64,000 nt of DNA from Mobula hypostoma (lineage: Eukaryota), in assembly GCF_963921235.1 (NCBI RefSeq), contig NC_086110.1, positions 9,362,001 to 9,426,000 of the forward strand. The letters are read 5' to 3'. The notes below the pieces were generated by a model. It did no database searches. It had not been told where the DNA came from and worked only from the letters and a program-made list of their open reading frames with translations. Position 1 is the stretch's first letter; each line of letters starts with the position of its first letter. The position numbers and the translations under genes were made by a program. Of this stretch, positions 12,926 to 23,989 are shown in pieces.

Positions 12926-14284
12926 AAGAGGTAGCTGCAGAGATATGGAGGCATTTGTAGTTGTCTTCCAAGAATCACTAGATTCTGGCAAAGTTCCAGA
13001 GGACTGGAAAATTGCAAATGTCACTCCACTCCACCCCTCAAGAAGGGAAAGCAGCAGAAGAAAGGAAATACTAGGCCAATTAGCCTGACTTCGGTGGTTG
13101 GGATATGTTGGAGTTGATTGTTAAGGATGTGGTTTCAGGGTAGACAAAGGAGATTCAGTGGATGTTGTGTACTTGGATTTTCAGAGGGCTTTTGTCAACG
13201 TGACTCACATGAAGCTGCTTAAGTTAAGAGCCCATGCTATTACAGGAATGGTTCTAGCATGCATAGAGCATTGGCTGGTTTGCAGGATGCAAAGGGTAAA
13301 GGATTGCTGGTGCCTGTTGGTGTTCCACAGGGGTCTGTGTTGGAGCCATTTCTTTTTAAATTGAATGTAAATTTGCATTTGGAGGACGGAATCAATGGCC
13401 AGGTTTGAGGATGATACAAAGATAGGTGGAGGGGCAGGTAGTTTTAAGGAAGCAGAGAGACTGCAGAAGGATTTGGACAGATGGGCGAAGAAGTGGCAGA
13501 TGAAATATAGTGTCAGTAGGTGTATGGTCGTGAACTTTGGTCGAAGAACTAAAAGTGTACATTATTTTTTAATTGGAGAGAAAATTCAAAAATCTGAAGT
13601 GCAGTGGAACTTTGCAGATTGACTTGGTGGTGAGGAAGACAAATGCGATATTAGCAATCATTTGAGAGAACTAGAATATAAAAACAAGGATGTAATGTTA
13701 AGGCATCATAAGGCACTGCTGAGACCTCACAGCGAATTGTGACCAGTTTTGGTCATCTTATCTATGAAAGAGTGTGCTGATATTGGAGAAGGTTCAAAGG
13801 AGATTCATGAAAATTATTCCAGGATTGAAGAGTTATCATATGAGGATTGTGTGATGACTCTGGGCATGTACTCACTGGAATTTAGAAGAATGAGTGGGGA
13901 TCTCATTGAACCCTATCAAATCTTGAAAGGCCTTGATAGAATAGATGTGGGGAGGATGTTTCCTATGGTGAGGGAGTCTAAGACCAAGGGACACATCCTC
14001 AGAATAGAGGAATGTCCATTTAAAATGGAGATGAGGAATTTCTTAAGGCAGAGAGTGGTGAATCCGTAGAATTCGTTGCCATAGGTAGCTGTGGAGGCCA
14101 AGTCATTGGTAATATTAGGCAGAGGTTGATAGGTTATTGATTGGTCAGGGCATGAAGGGCTTTGGGGAGAAGGTAGGAGATTGGGGGTGAGAGGGAAATA
14201 GATCAGCAATGATGAAATGGAGCAGACCCTAGGGGCCAAATGGCCTATTGCTGCTCCTATGTCTTATTGCCTTATGGTCTTATA
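12926..14284 (+). mobile_element. Old CR1 LINE 3' half (RT and 3' UTR), heavily decayed
   Basis: PEDWKIANVTP, YLDFQRAF and RFEDDTK remnants; ends in TCTTATGGTCTTAT tail. Confidence 0.85.
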
Positions 14285-14334
14285 TTAAGCAGAAAAATGT
14301 AGAGAGCTGTGGAGGTGAAAATGGTGGACGTTTT

Positions 14335-14706
14335 ATAAGACCATAAGACAGAGGAGCAGATTTAGGCCATCTGGCCCATCGAGCCTGCTCCGCTATTCAA
14401 TAATGGCTGAACCTTTTTTTTGCTTCTCCTCAACCCCAGTTCCTGGCCTTCCCCCCATAACCTTTGATGCCAAATCTAATCAAGAATCAATCTCTACCTT
14501 AAAAATACCCAACAACCTGGCCTCCACAGCTGCATGTGGCAACAAATTCCACAAATTCACCGCCCTTTGGCTAAGGAAATTTCTCTGCATCTCAGTTTTG
14601 AAAGGGCGCCCCTCTATCCTGAGGCTGTGCCCTCTTGTCCGAGACTCTCCCACCGTGGGAAACATCCCTTCCACATCTACTCAGTCTGGAGCTTTCAACA
14701 TTCAAA
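14335..14706 (-). mobile_element. CR1 LINE 3' end fragment
   Basis: ATAAGACCATAAGA tail; minus strand TRGHSLRI/RAVNLWNLLP. Confidence 0.85.
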
Positions 14707-14983
14707 AGGTTTCTTTCTTTCTTTTTAAATCTTTTTATTAAATTAGTACACATAGCATATATATACACATAGTACATATAGCAACCAATATATTGTTATG
14801 ATATAGATATACAAGAGGTATTAATACAAAAAAAAAATGAAAACAACATCTGTTAGTTAAAAAAATAACAAGGTAATATAATTGTATACAACAGGAATTC
14901 TGCAGATGCTGGAAATTCAAGCAACACACATCAAAGTTGCTGGTGAACGCAGCAGGCCAGGCAGCATTTCTAGGAAGAGGTAC

Positions 14984-15019
14984 AGTTGACGTTTCAGGCC
15001 GAGACCCTTCGTCAGGACT
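14984..15019 (-). ncRNA. Minimal type I hammerhead ribozyme motif, helix I mismatch
   Basis: AGTC-CTGACGA-A-GGG TCTCGG CCT-GAAA-CGTC-AACT on the minus strand. Confidence 0.6.
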
Positions 15020-15692
15020 AACAGAAGGAAGAGTTAGTAAGAGATTTGAAAGTGGAAGGGGGAGGGGGAAATCCAAAATGATAGGAGAAGACAAGAGGGG
15101 GAGGGATGGAGCCAAGAGCTGGACAGGTGATAGGCAGAAGGGGATACGAGAGGATCATGGGACAGGAGGTCCGGGAAGAAAGACAAGGGGGGGTAGGGGA
15201 ACCCAGAGGATGGGCAAGGGGTATAGACAGAGGGACAGAGGGAGAAAAAGGAGAGTGAAAGGAAGCATGTGTGTATAAAAATAAATAACAGATGGGGTAC
15301 GAGGGGGAGGTGGGGCATTAGCGGAAGTTAGAGGCCGATGTTCATGCCATCAGGTTGGAGGCTACCCAGACGGAATATAAGGTGTTGTTCCTCCAACCTG
15401 AGTGTGGCTTCATATTTACAGTAGAGGAGGCCATGGATAGACATGTCAGAATGGGAATGGGATGTGGAATTAAAATGTGTGGCCACTGGGAGATCCTGCT
15501 TTCTCTGGCGGACAGAGCGTAGGTGTTCAGCAAAGCGGTCTCCCAGCCTGCGTCGGGTCTCGCCAATATATAGAAGGCCACATTGGGAGTACCGGACACA
15601 GTATATCACCCCAGCCGACTCACAACAGAATGGGAATGGATCTCCCCCTCCCCCTCCCACTTTCAAATCTCTTACTAACTCTTCCTTTAGTT

Positions 15693-15728
15693 AGTCCTGA
15701 CGAAGGGTCTCGGCCTGAAACGTTAACT
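15693..15728 (+). ncRNA. Minimal type I hammerhead ribozyme motif, variant (GUU site)
   Basis: AGTC-CTGACGA-A-GGG TCTCGG CCT-GAAA-CGTT-AACT. Confidence 0.55.
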
Positions 15729-18700
15729 GTACCTCTTCCTAGAGATGCTGCCTGGCCTGCTGCGTTCACCAGCAACTTTGAATGCTAGTTTTCCATATAA
15801 CAGTAGAGAGAGAAAACCCCTCCCCCAAAAAAAACTACCGTGCCACTAAGCTACAAAGCAAAGCAATAGGCTAGCTAGATAAATAGTAAACATAACCAGA
15901 TTAAACAATCACGCCCTCGAACTCAACCTCCATTAATAGCAGATAAAATCCACGAAGGGAGTATATATATGATCAGAGAGAGAAAAAATAATTACATTAA
16001 ATGAAAATATTGAATAAAAGATCTCCAGGTCTGTTCAAATTTAACTGAAGTATCATAAAGATTACTTCTGATTTTATCCAAATTTAGACACAGAATCGTT
16101 TGAGAGAACCAGAAAAACGTGGTTGGGGCATTAATCTCCTTCCAATGTTGTAAAATACATCGTTTCTCCATTAAAGTAAGAAATGCAATCATTCTAGGTG
16201 CTGAGGGGGATAAATTACTAGAAGTTTTAGGCAATCCAAATATAGCAGTAATAGGATGGGGAGAAATATCACTGTTCAAAACCTTTGAAATAATATTAAA
16301 AATGTCTTTCCAAAAAGTTTCCAGAGTAGGACAAGACCAAAACATATGGGTCAAGGAAGCTATTTCTCCATGATATCTATCACAAAGAGGGTTAATATGA
16401 GAATAAAAACAAACTAATTTTTCTTTAGACATCTGTACTCTATGGACAACTTTAAACTGAATTAAGGAGTGTTTGGAACAGATGGAGGAAGTATTAACTG
16501 GTTGTAAAATATGAGCCCAGTCATCCGCCGAGATAGTGAGGCCCAATTCCTTTTCCCAGTCGGTCCTAATCTTATCGAAAGGAGCTATCTTAAGTTTCAT
16601 GATAATATTATAAATAATAGCCGTTACACCTTTCTGACATGGGTTAAGGTTAATGATGGCATCTAAAATATTTGTAGGGGGTAACGCCGAGGGGAAGAAA
16701 GTATGGTATTTAGGAAATTTCTAACTTGCAAATATCTAAAAAAAAATGTGTTCTTGGTAAATTGTATTTGTTAGATAACTGTTCAAAAGACATAAGGGAA
16801 CCATCTGAAAATAAATCCAAAAACCATGATATACCATTAGTCTTCCAAATTTGAAAGGCATGGTCCGTAGAGGAAGGGAGAAAAAATATATTGCCGATAA
16901 TAGGAATCGCTAGCACAAATTGATTAAGATCGAAAAATTTTCGGAATTGAAATCAAATGCGTAAGGTATGTTTAACTATCAGGTTGCAAACCTGTTTATA
17001 GCGTTTCAAATCGGAAGGAAGAGAAGAACCTAATATAGAGCCAAGTGCATAGCCTTGAACAGAATGTAATTCCAAAACTACCCATTTGGGAATGGATAGT
17101 GTATCTTTGTCAAGTAACCAAAATTTCATGGCTCGAATGTTAATTGCCCAGTAATAAAATCTAAAGTTAGGTAATGCCAAGCCTCCATCTCTCTTAGCTT
17201 TCTGTAGATGTATTCTACCCAATCTCGGATTTTTGTTTTGCCAAATAAATGAAGAAATTTTCTAGTCTACTTTATCAAAAAAGGATTTTGGAACAAAAAT
17301 TGATAAAGCCTGAAATATATACAAAAATTTTGGCAGAATAAACATCTTGGCAGCATTAATACGACCAGTCAAAGTTAAATAAAGTGGAGACCATTTAAAG
17401 GAAAGTTGTGTAATATGGTCAATTAAGGGTAAGGAATTAGTCTTAAATAAATCCTTACGTTTACAGGTAATTTTAATCCCAAGATATGAAAAATGATTAT
17501 TAACGAATCTAAACGGCAGGTTCCGATATAAGGGAACATGCTTATTAATAGGGAAAAGTTCACTCTTATTAAGATTTAATTTGTATCCTGAAAAAAGACT
17601 AAATTATGCTAATAAATCTAAAGCTGCTGGAATAGATTTTTGAGGATTAGAAATATATAAAAGTAAGTCAGCAGCATAAAGTGATACTTTATGAGACTTT
17701 GACCCACGAGTTATGCCAATAATGTTATGAGATTCTCGAATAGCAATTGCAAGGGGTTCTAATGCAATATCAAATAATAAAGGGCTAAGAGGACCACCTT
17801 GTCTGGTACCTTGAAAGAAAGGAAAAAAAGGTGAATTCAGAGTACGAACTGAGGCCATAGGGGAGTGGTATAACAATTTGATCCAGGATATAAATTTCAG
17901 GCTGAAGTTGAACATTTCAAGCACCTTAAATAAGTAGGGCCATTCGACCCTGTCAAAGGCTTTTTCAGCGTCAAGGGAAATGACGCATTTAGGATCGTTT
18001 AGTGACGGGGTATAGACAATATTTAAAAGTGTACGAATATTATAAAAAGAGTAACGATTCTTAATAAAACCCGTTTGGTCTTCCGAAATAATATGAGGAA
18101 GTGCTTTTTCTAGCCTATTTGCTAATAATTTAGAAAAAATCTTAGAATCAACATTTAGCAAGGATATTGGTCTATAAGATGCACATTGGGCGGGGTCTTT
18201 ATCCTTCTTTAGTATTAAAGAAATCGATGCTCTATAAAAGGATTCTGGTAGTTTACCAAGTTTTAATGAGGCCTCCAGGATAACCAGGGGTGCAAAAAAT
18301 TTTAAAAATTCCACGGTAAACCCATCAGGGCCAGGAGCTTTCCCCGAATTCATAGAGAAAATAACATTCTTGATCTCATCAGTAGTAAAGGAAGGTTCTA
18401 ACATAGAGGATATATCATGTGTGATCTTAGGGAAATCTAGGTTGTCTAAAAAGTCACACATATGTTTAGAATCTGATCGAGATTCTGATTGATATAAAGA
18501 GGAATAAAAATCAAAAAAGGATTGATTAATCTCAGCTTCCGATAGACGCTCAATAAAGAAGTGTAAAAGTAAAAAGATCAGCTAAAGTTATAAAAACAGA
18601 AGAGTTAAAAAAAAAGTCGAAAAGTACACCGATTAAAACGAAAATGATATAATACAAAGAAAAAATATATGTATATGTATATATAAAAAAACCGTTGACA

Positions 18701-20089
18701 TACAACAAACCTTAAAATTAGGAAAGGAAAAGAAATATCTACATAGGCTAGGGAACAAAAAAAATTACGAGGTTTAAGGCCTCCAGGTAGGTGGGAAAAA
18801 TGATGCTGTGGGAGTGGCCACCCAGAATCCCCAGGGAAGAAGAAGGAATGACGCAGGTAGAAAAAGAATTTGGCAACCATATTAATTAAACAAAAAAAAA
18901 CATTTCTGCCCTCAGATAGAGCAAATAAAAGAAATAAAAACCCAAAAAATTAACAGACTCAAATCAGGCACTGATAATTTAATAGTGTGATTAGGATGCT
19001 GAAGGCGAATGTTGATCGAGGTAACTCTGGGCATCCAACGGAGAGTCGAAAAAACAGGAAGACCGATCAGACAATCGGATCCTCAAACGTGCGGGATATA
19101 GCAGCACAGGTTTTAAATCCATCTTGTAGAATTCGGCCATCACAGATCTGTAACGAACACGTTGGTCGCGAACCTGTTTGCTAAAATCCTCCACCAGTCG
19201 AAAACGGAGATCTGAGAAATCAATGTAGCCTTTAGGTCGAGCAAAACGAAGCAACTTTTCCTTGTCTTGAAAATAATGAAAACGTAAGATAACATGCCGA
19301 GGTTTGTCTGACTTAGACAAGTATAATGGGACTCTGTGAGCCCTATCCAATAGTGGTGGTTGATCAGGAAACACAGTGGGAAATGAATCTTTTAAAAGTT
19401 GAGAGAAAAACTGAATAGGGTCTTCAGATTTGCAGATTCCCGGAGGCCAATAATCCTTACGTTTTGACGACGCATTCTGCATTCTAAATCACAATTTTTA
19501 AAGGTAAGGAATTCAAGTTTTTTCTTCATTGTAGTAATTGTTTCTTCAATTTTTCCGATCTTAAGATCATTCTGTTGCGTATAAACTTGGAGATTAGATA
19601 TAGCAGTCTGATGTTCCGTGATACTTGTTTTCATATTAACAATTTCATCGATGATTCTCTCCAGTTTAGATGAAATCTCCGCACGAATCAAATCCGATAT
19701 AGCTTGTATAGTTACTGCCGATTCAACCGGAGGGGCGTCGGTAGCTTTCGGTCTGACAGGAGATTTGCCATTTTTCCCGTTCTTAGACATACTGGACCTT
19801 AAAAACATCCAAGTATATAATGACAATCCACAGCAAGGTATTGTAAAGGTCGGTGCCTTAAAAGTTAGCTTAAGTGTAGCTGATCATAGGATAAGAATCA
19901 GAGGTAATGGAGCGGATCTAGAAGAGGACCTCACTCCATGAACTCCACCGGAAGTCTTCTCAAAAGGTTTCAATGAGATATTATGAATTGGATGCTGAAA
20001 AAGGAGAATCTTGGGTATTCTGGATAGATGAACTTGAGGTGGCAGAAGATGCAATTTTCATTTTTTTTATGATTCAGTTGTCTTCAGGG

Positions 20090-20385
20090 TACCACAGTAG
20101 CATAGCAGTTAGCGCAACGATATCACAGCCCCAAGCAGCTCATTTCAGAGTCCATTACCAGCGCTGTTCTGTATGGAGTGTCTGTGTGTCCTACCTTTTG
20201 AATGAGTAGGTTTTCCCCAGGTGTTCCAATTTCCTCCCAGGTCCAAAGACGTACTGGTAGGTTAACTGGTCATTGTAAATTATCCCATGATTAGGTTTGG
20301 GTTAATTGGGGTTGTCAGTGGCTGCTGGGGCAGTGTAGCTGGAAGAGCCTACTCTGCACTTTTATCGCTAAATAATTAAAATAAA
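20090..20385 (+). mobile_element. tRNA-derived V-SINE (HE1-like), decayed
   Basis: A-box-like GTAGCATAGCAGTTAG followed by V-domain-like GGTTTTCCCCAGGTGTTCCAATTTCCTCCCAGGTCCAAAGACGT; AT-rich tail. Confidence 0.7.
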
Positions 20386-20822
20386 TTTCCAATAAACGAT
20401 GGAACTGCACACTTCAGAAGACATTGTTTACTTCAGTGAGCTTGAGTACCTCCCTGGACACATACCTTGCATTGTGATTTTGTATGTAGCCCTCTCCTTT
20501 TGATTACTTTCACTCCTCTTCTAACCCTGATTCTCAAAATATGACCATTGTGTGCAAAAGCTAGCATTTCTCCCTTACTGTATAATTTTAGCCGACTACT
20601 GAAACTAAATAGTTTTGCAATGCCAATGGTTGGCAACAGTTAACAGTACTTGATTATAAATGTTGCTGATACAATTATAGATATAACTTGGTTTGTGGAA
20701 AATTGAATTCATGATCCCACAAACTAGTAGGAATTTTCTTATCACATGTACTTTCAAAAATCAGAATAATGCATAGATTTTAAGTACCATCCTCTTTTTA
20801 TTGGAAATGCAGTATATTTGTT

Positions 20823-21985
20823 ACATAGAAACATAGAAAATAGGTGCAGGAGTAGGCCATTCGGCCCTTCGAGCCTGCACCGCCATTCAGTATGATCATG
20901 GCTGATCATCCAACTCAGAACCCTGTACCAGCCTTCCCTCCATACCCCCTGATCCCTTTAGCCACAAGGTCCATATCTAACTCCCTCTTAAATATAGCCA
21001 ATGAACTGGCCTCAACTGTTTCCTGTGGCAGAGAATTCCACAGATTCACCACTCTCTGTGTGAAGAAGTTTTTTCTAATCTCGGTCCTAAAAGGCTTCCC
21101 TTTTATCCTCAAACTGTGACCCCTCGTTCTGGACTTCTCCAACATCGGGAACAATCTTCCTGCATCTAGCCTGTCCAATCCCTTTAGGATTTTATATGTT
21201 TCAATAAGATCCCCCCGCAATCTTCTAAATTCCAATGAATATGAGCCTAGTCGATTCAGTCTTTCATAATATGAAAGTCTTACCATCCCAGGAATCAATC
21301 TGGTGAACCTTCTTTGTACTCCCTCTATGGCAAGGATGTCTTTCCTCAGATTAGGGGACCAAAACTGCACACAGTACTCCAGGTGTGGTCTCACCAAGGC
21401 CTTGTACAACTGCAGTAGTACCTCCCTGCTCCTGTACTCGAATCATCTTGCTATGAATGCCAGCATACCATTTGCCTTTTTCACCGCCTGCTGTACCTGC
21501 ACGCCCACTTTCAATGACTGGTGTATAATGACACCCAGGTCTTGTTGCACCTCCCCTTTTCCTAATCGGCCACCATTCAAATAATAATCTGTTTTCCAGT
21601 TTTTGCCACCAAAGTGGATAACCTCATATTTATCCACATTAAATTGCATCTGCCATGAATTTGCCCACTCACCTAACCTATCCAAGTCACCCTGCATCCT
21701 CTTAGCATCCTCCTCACAGCTAACACTGCCACCCAGCTTCGTGTCATCCGCAAACTTGGAGATGCTGCATTTAATTCCCTCATCTAAGTCATTAATATAT
21801 ATTGTAAACAACTGGGGTCCCAGCACTGAGCCTTTCGGTACCCAACTAGTCACTGCCTGCCATTCTGAAAAGGTCCCGTTTATTCTCACTCTTTGCTTCC
21901 TGTCTGCTAACCAATTCTCTATCCACATCAATACCTTACCCCCAATACCGTGTGCTTTAAGTTTGCACACTAATCTCCTGTGTGG
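20823..21985 (-). mobile_element. CR1 LINE 3' fragment (RT C-terminal half)
   Basis: ORFs 21443-22036 (GSVLGP, FADD) and 20915-21409; CATAGAAA tail repeats at 20823. Confidence 0.92.
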
Positions 21986-22695
21986 CCAACTGCAAACAGT
22001 GATATTACCAGGATTGATGATGCTAAAGGTTACCAAAATAATGCAATATTTCTCTAGCCAAAAAAGATATTGGAATTATATCTGTGATGCCAGTACAATT
22101 GGTATATTTTTATTAGATGGTGCTTTTGGGGATGGTATCTAATCTCTCTTTAATTGAATGGCATTACAATTACCTTGGGTGATTTCTTCAAACAATCGCC
22201 CTCAATGTTACAATCAACACTTGAGTTCTAATGTCTTTTGAGGTGGAATTTCTCAGATAACTTGCCTCTACCCTAGTACATAGCAATATACTTCTGTAAT
22301 AACTATACATGTAATAAATGGTGGTTTTGGAACAAAGTTTATTATTTGCATTGTATTAAGAACTGAGAGGCCTCTACTACTAGCCTGAACAGGTTGGGTT
22401 GGGAACCCCTCGCTGTGAAGCCGTGAATTAGATTGTGCCCCTAGAATGGTTGCATTTGAATTGATTGCCTCTATGGGATGGTTTGCTGATTCGCTTAGTG
22501 GCGGAGACAAGTATATAGAGGGCAGGGTCCAGTATGCGCTACACACACCACTACCCTACTCAATAATCATTGGACAACATTACTGGATACCAAGCTTGTC
22601 CAAGCCATGGTGGGAGAGAGAAAAACAAAGTATTGGAAAGTACCAGCAAGTGAGTTTATTAGAAAATATTATCTTGTGTGCATTTCTGCTTTCAG

Positions 22696-22754
22696 ACTGG
22701 CATGAGGAATTTGGTGGTGTCACTTCATACGTTGCAAAAGGGGAAGATGAAGAG
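22696..22754 (+). CDS. OGFOD1: OGFOD1 penultimate exon, phase 1-0
   Basis: TTTCTGCTTTCAG acceptor, GAG|GTATGA donor. DWHEEFGGVTSYVAKGEDEE matches human [20 protein letters not shown] as recalled; in frame with both flanking exons. Confidence 0.93.
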
Positions 22755-22998
22755 GTATGAACTAAATTCATTCAAATTCTAATCTGACAAGAATTTTGAA
22801 AAATTTGCATTCTTGCGGATATCCAAAGGATATTTGAATTAATAAAATAAGTATAATGAATGCTGTGATGTAGGAATCGCGACAGATAATTGCCTGATGC
22901 TGAGATACATTCTCGGATACCCTGGGATACATCATCAGTGATGTAACCGGGAGTCATTGTTTGTTTTGGGTCATTCAACATCAGACACCACAGATATA

Positions 22999-23065
22999 CA
23001 GTACTATGCAAAACTTTTAGGCACATATATATAGCTAGGGTGCCTAAGACTTTTGCACAGTACTG
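22999..23065. mobile_element. 67-bp Tc1/mariner-type mini-MITE (two ~26-bp TIRs, TA target duplication)
   Basis: TA-CAGTACTATGCAAAACTTTTAGGCAC...GTGCCTAAGACTTTTGCACAGTACTG-TA. Confidence 0.8.
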
Positions 23066-23480
23066 TACTTGCCATTGTGGAATGGAGAGTAAGTTTGTAA
23101 ATCTGGCAGGAGCAAAGGATGTTGGGTATGGCGAAGGTGGAGTGCCGCGGGAGGGGTGTGGGACAGGTGGCAGGGAAGAAATGCCAGGGTCGGTGGAGGT
23201 GGTGTCGGTATAGACACATCCAGCCTTAAAACACCAGCTAAGGTCATTTAATTCCAAACAATTGGCTTACAGAATGTCCGTCTAGTGCTTGCTGCTCCCT
23301 CTTCTCTCCCTTTCTGGTTTCGCAATGATGATTCCCTTCTCTTCTGCTATTCTCAACGATGACCCCCTCTCCCTGCCCCCTTCTAACTTTCAGTCCACAA
23401 TAGAAAATACATATCAGAATCAGGTTTATTATCACGCATGTTTTTGTGGCAGCAGTACAGAGCAATACATTAAATTACTA

Positions 23481-23506
23481 CAGTACTGTGCAAAAGTCTT
23501 AGGCAC
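23481..23506 (+). repeat. Second copy of the same Tc1-type TIR
   Basis: TA-CAGTACTGTGCAAAAGTCTTAGGCAC followed by microsatellite and gap; no partner TIR seen. Confidence 0.7.
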
Positions 23507-23511
23507 CCTTT

Positions 23512-23513
<2 letters not shown>

Positions 23514-23550
<37 letters not shown>

Positions 23551-23935
23551 TGCACCTGCCTGTGCCTGTGTCTGCACCCACCTGTGCCTTAATCTGCTTG
23601 TGCTTGTGGTTGCCACTCTCTTTGCCTGTCTCTCTCTCTCTCAATCTCTCCCTCTCTCACACTCTCTCTCTCTCTTTCTCTCTCTCTGTCTCCCTCTGTA
23701 NNNNNNNNNNNNNNNNNNNNNNNNNNNNNNNNNNNNNNNNNNNNNNNNNNNNNNNNNNNNNNNNNNNNNNNNNNNNNNNNNNNNNNNNNNNNNNNNNNNN
23801 NNNNNNNNNNNNNNNNNNNNNNNNNNNNNNNNNNNNNNNNNNNNNNNNNNNNNNNGTGTTTGTGTCTCTCTCGCTCTCTCTATCTCTGTGTCTCTGTCTC
23901 TCTATGTTGCACTGTCTCTCTGGCTCTCTCGCTCG
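23514..23935. repeat. (TG)n and (CT)n microsatellite tract containing a 155-N assembly gap
   Basis: Direct reading; Ns at 23701-23855. Confidence 0.95.
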
Positions 23936-23989
23936 CTGTAAAGCGACTTGGGAATACTTGTTCAAGAATCCTTCAAGGTTCAGCCTTCA

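Larger units (their letters stand above)
14888..15781. mobile_element. Penelope-like element: minus-strand 3' fragment (GIY-YIG end + pLTR) joined to an inverted plus-strand pLTR piece
   Basis: VIYCVRYSQCGLLYIGETRRRLGDRFAEH on minus (15328-15666); pLTR inverted at 15630-15781. Confidence 0.88.
14712..19956 (-). mobile_element. L1-clade LINE with intact 5' end, ORF1 and RT but no endonuclease; 3' UTR split by a Penelope pair
   Basis: 5' start GACTTCCGG at 19956; ORF1 RRQNVRIIG, LDRAHR, LYPARL (18991-19826); RT KAPGPDG, SLDAEKAFDRVEW, QGGPLSP (17604-18461); A-rich tail near 14715-14735. Confidence 0.88.
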
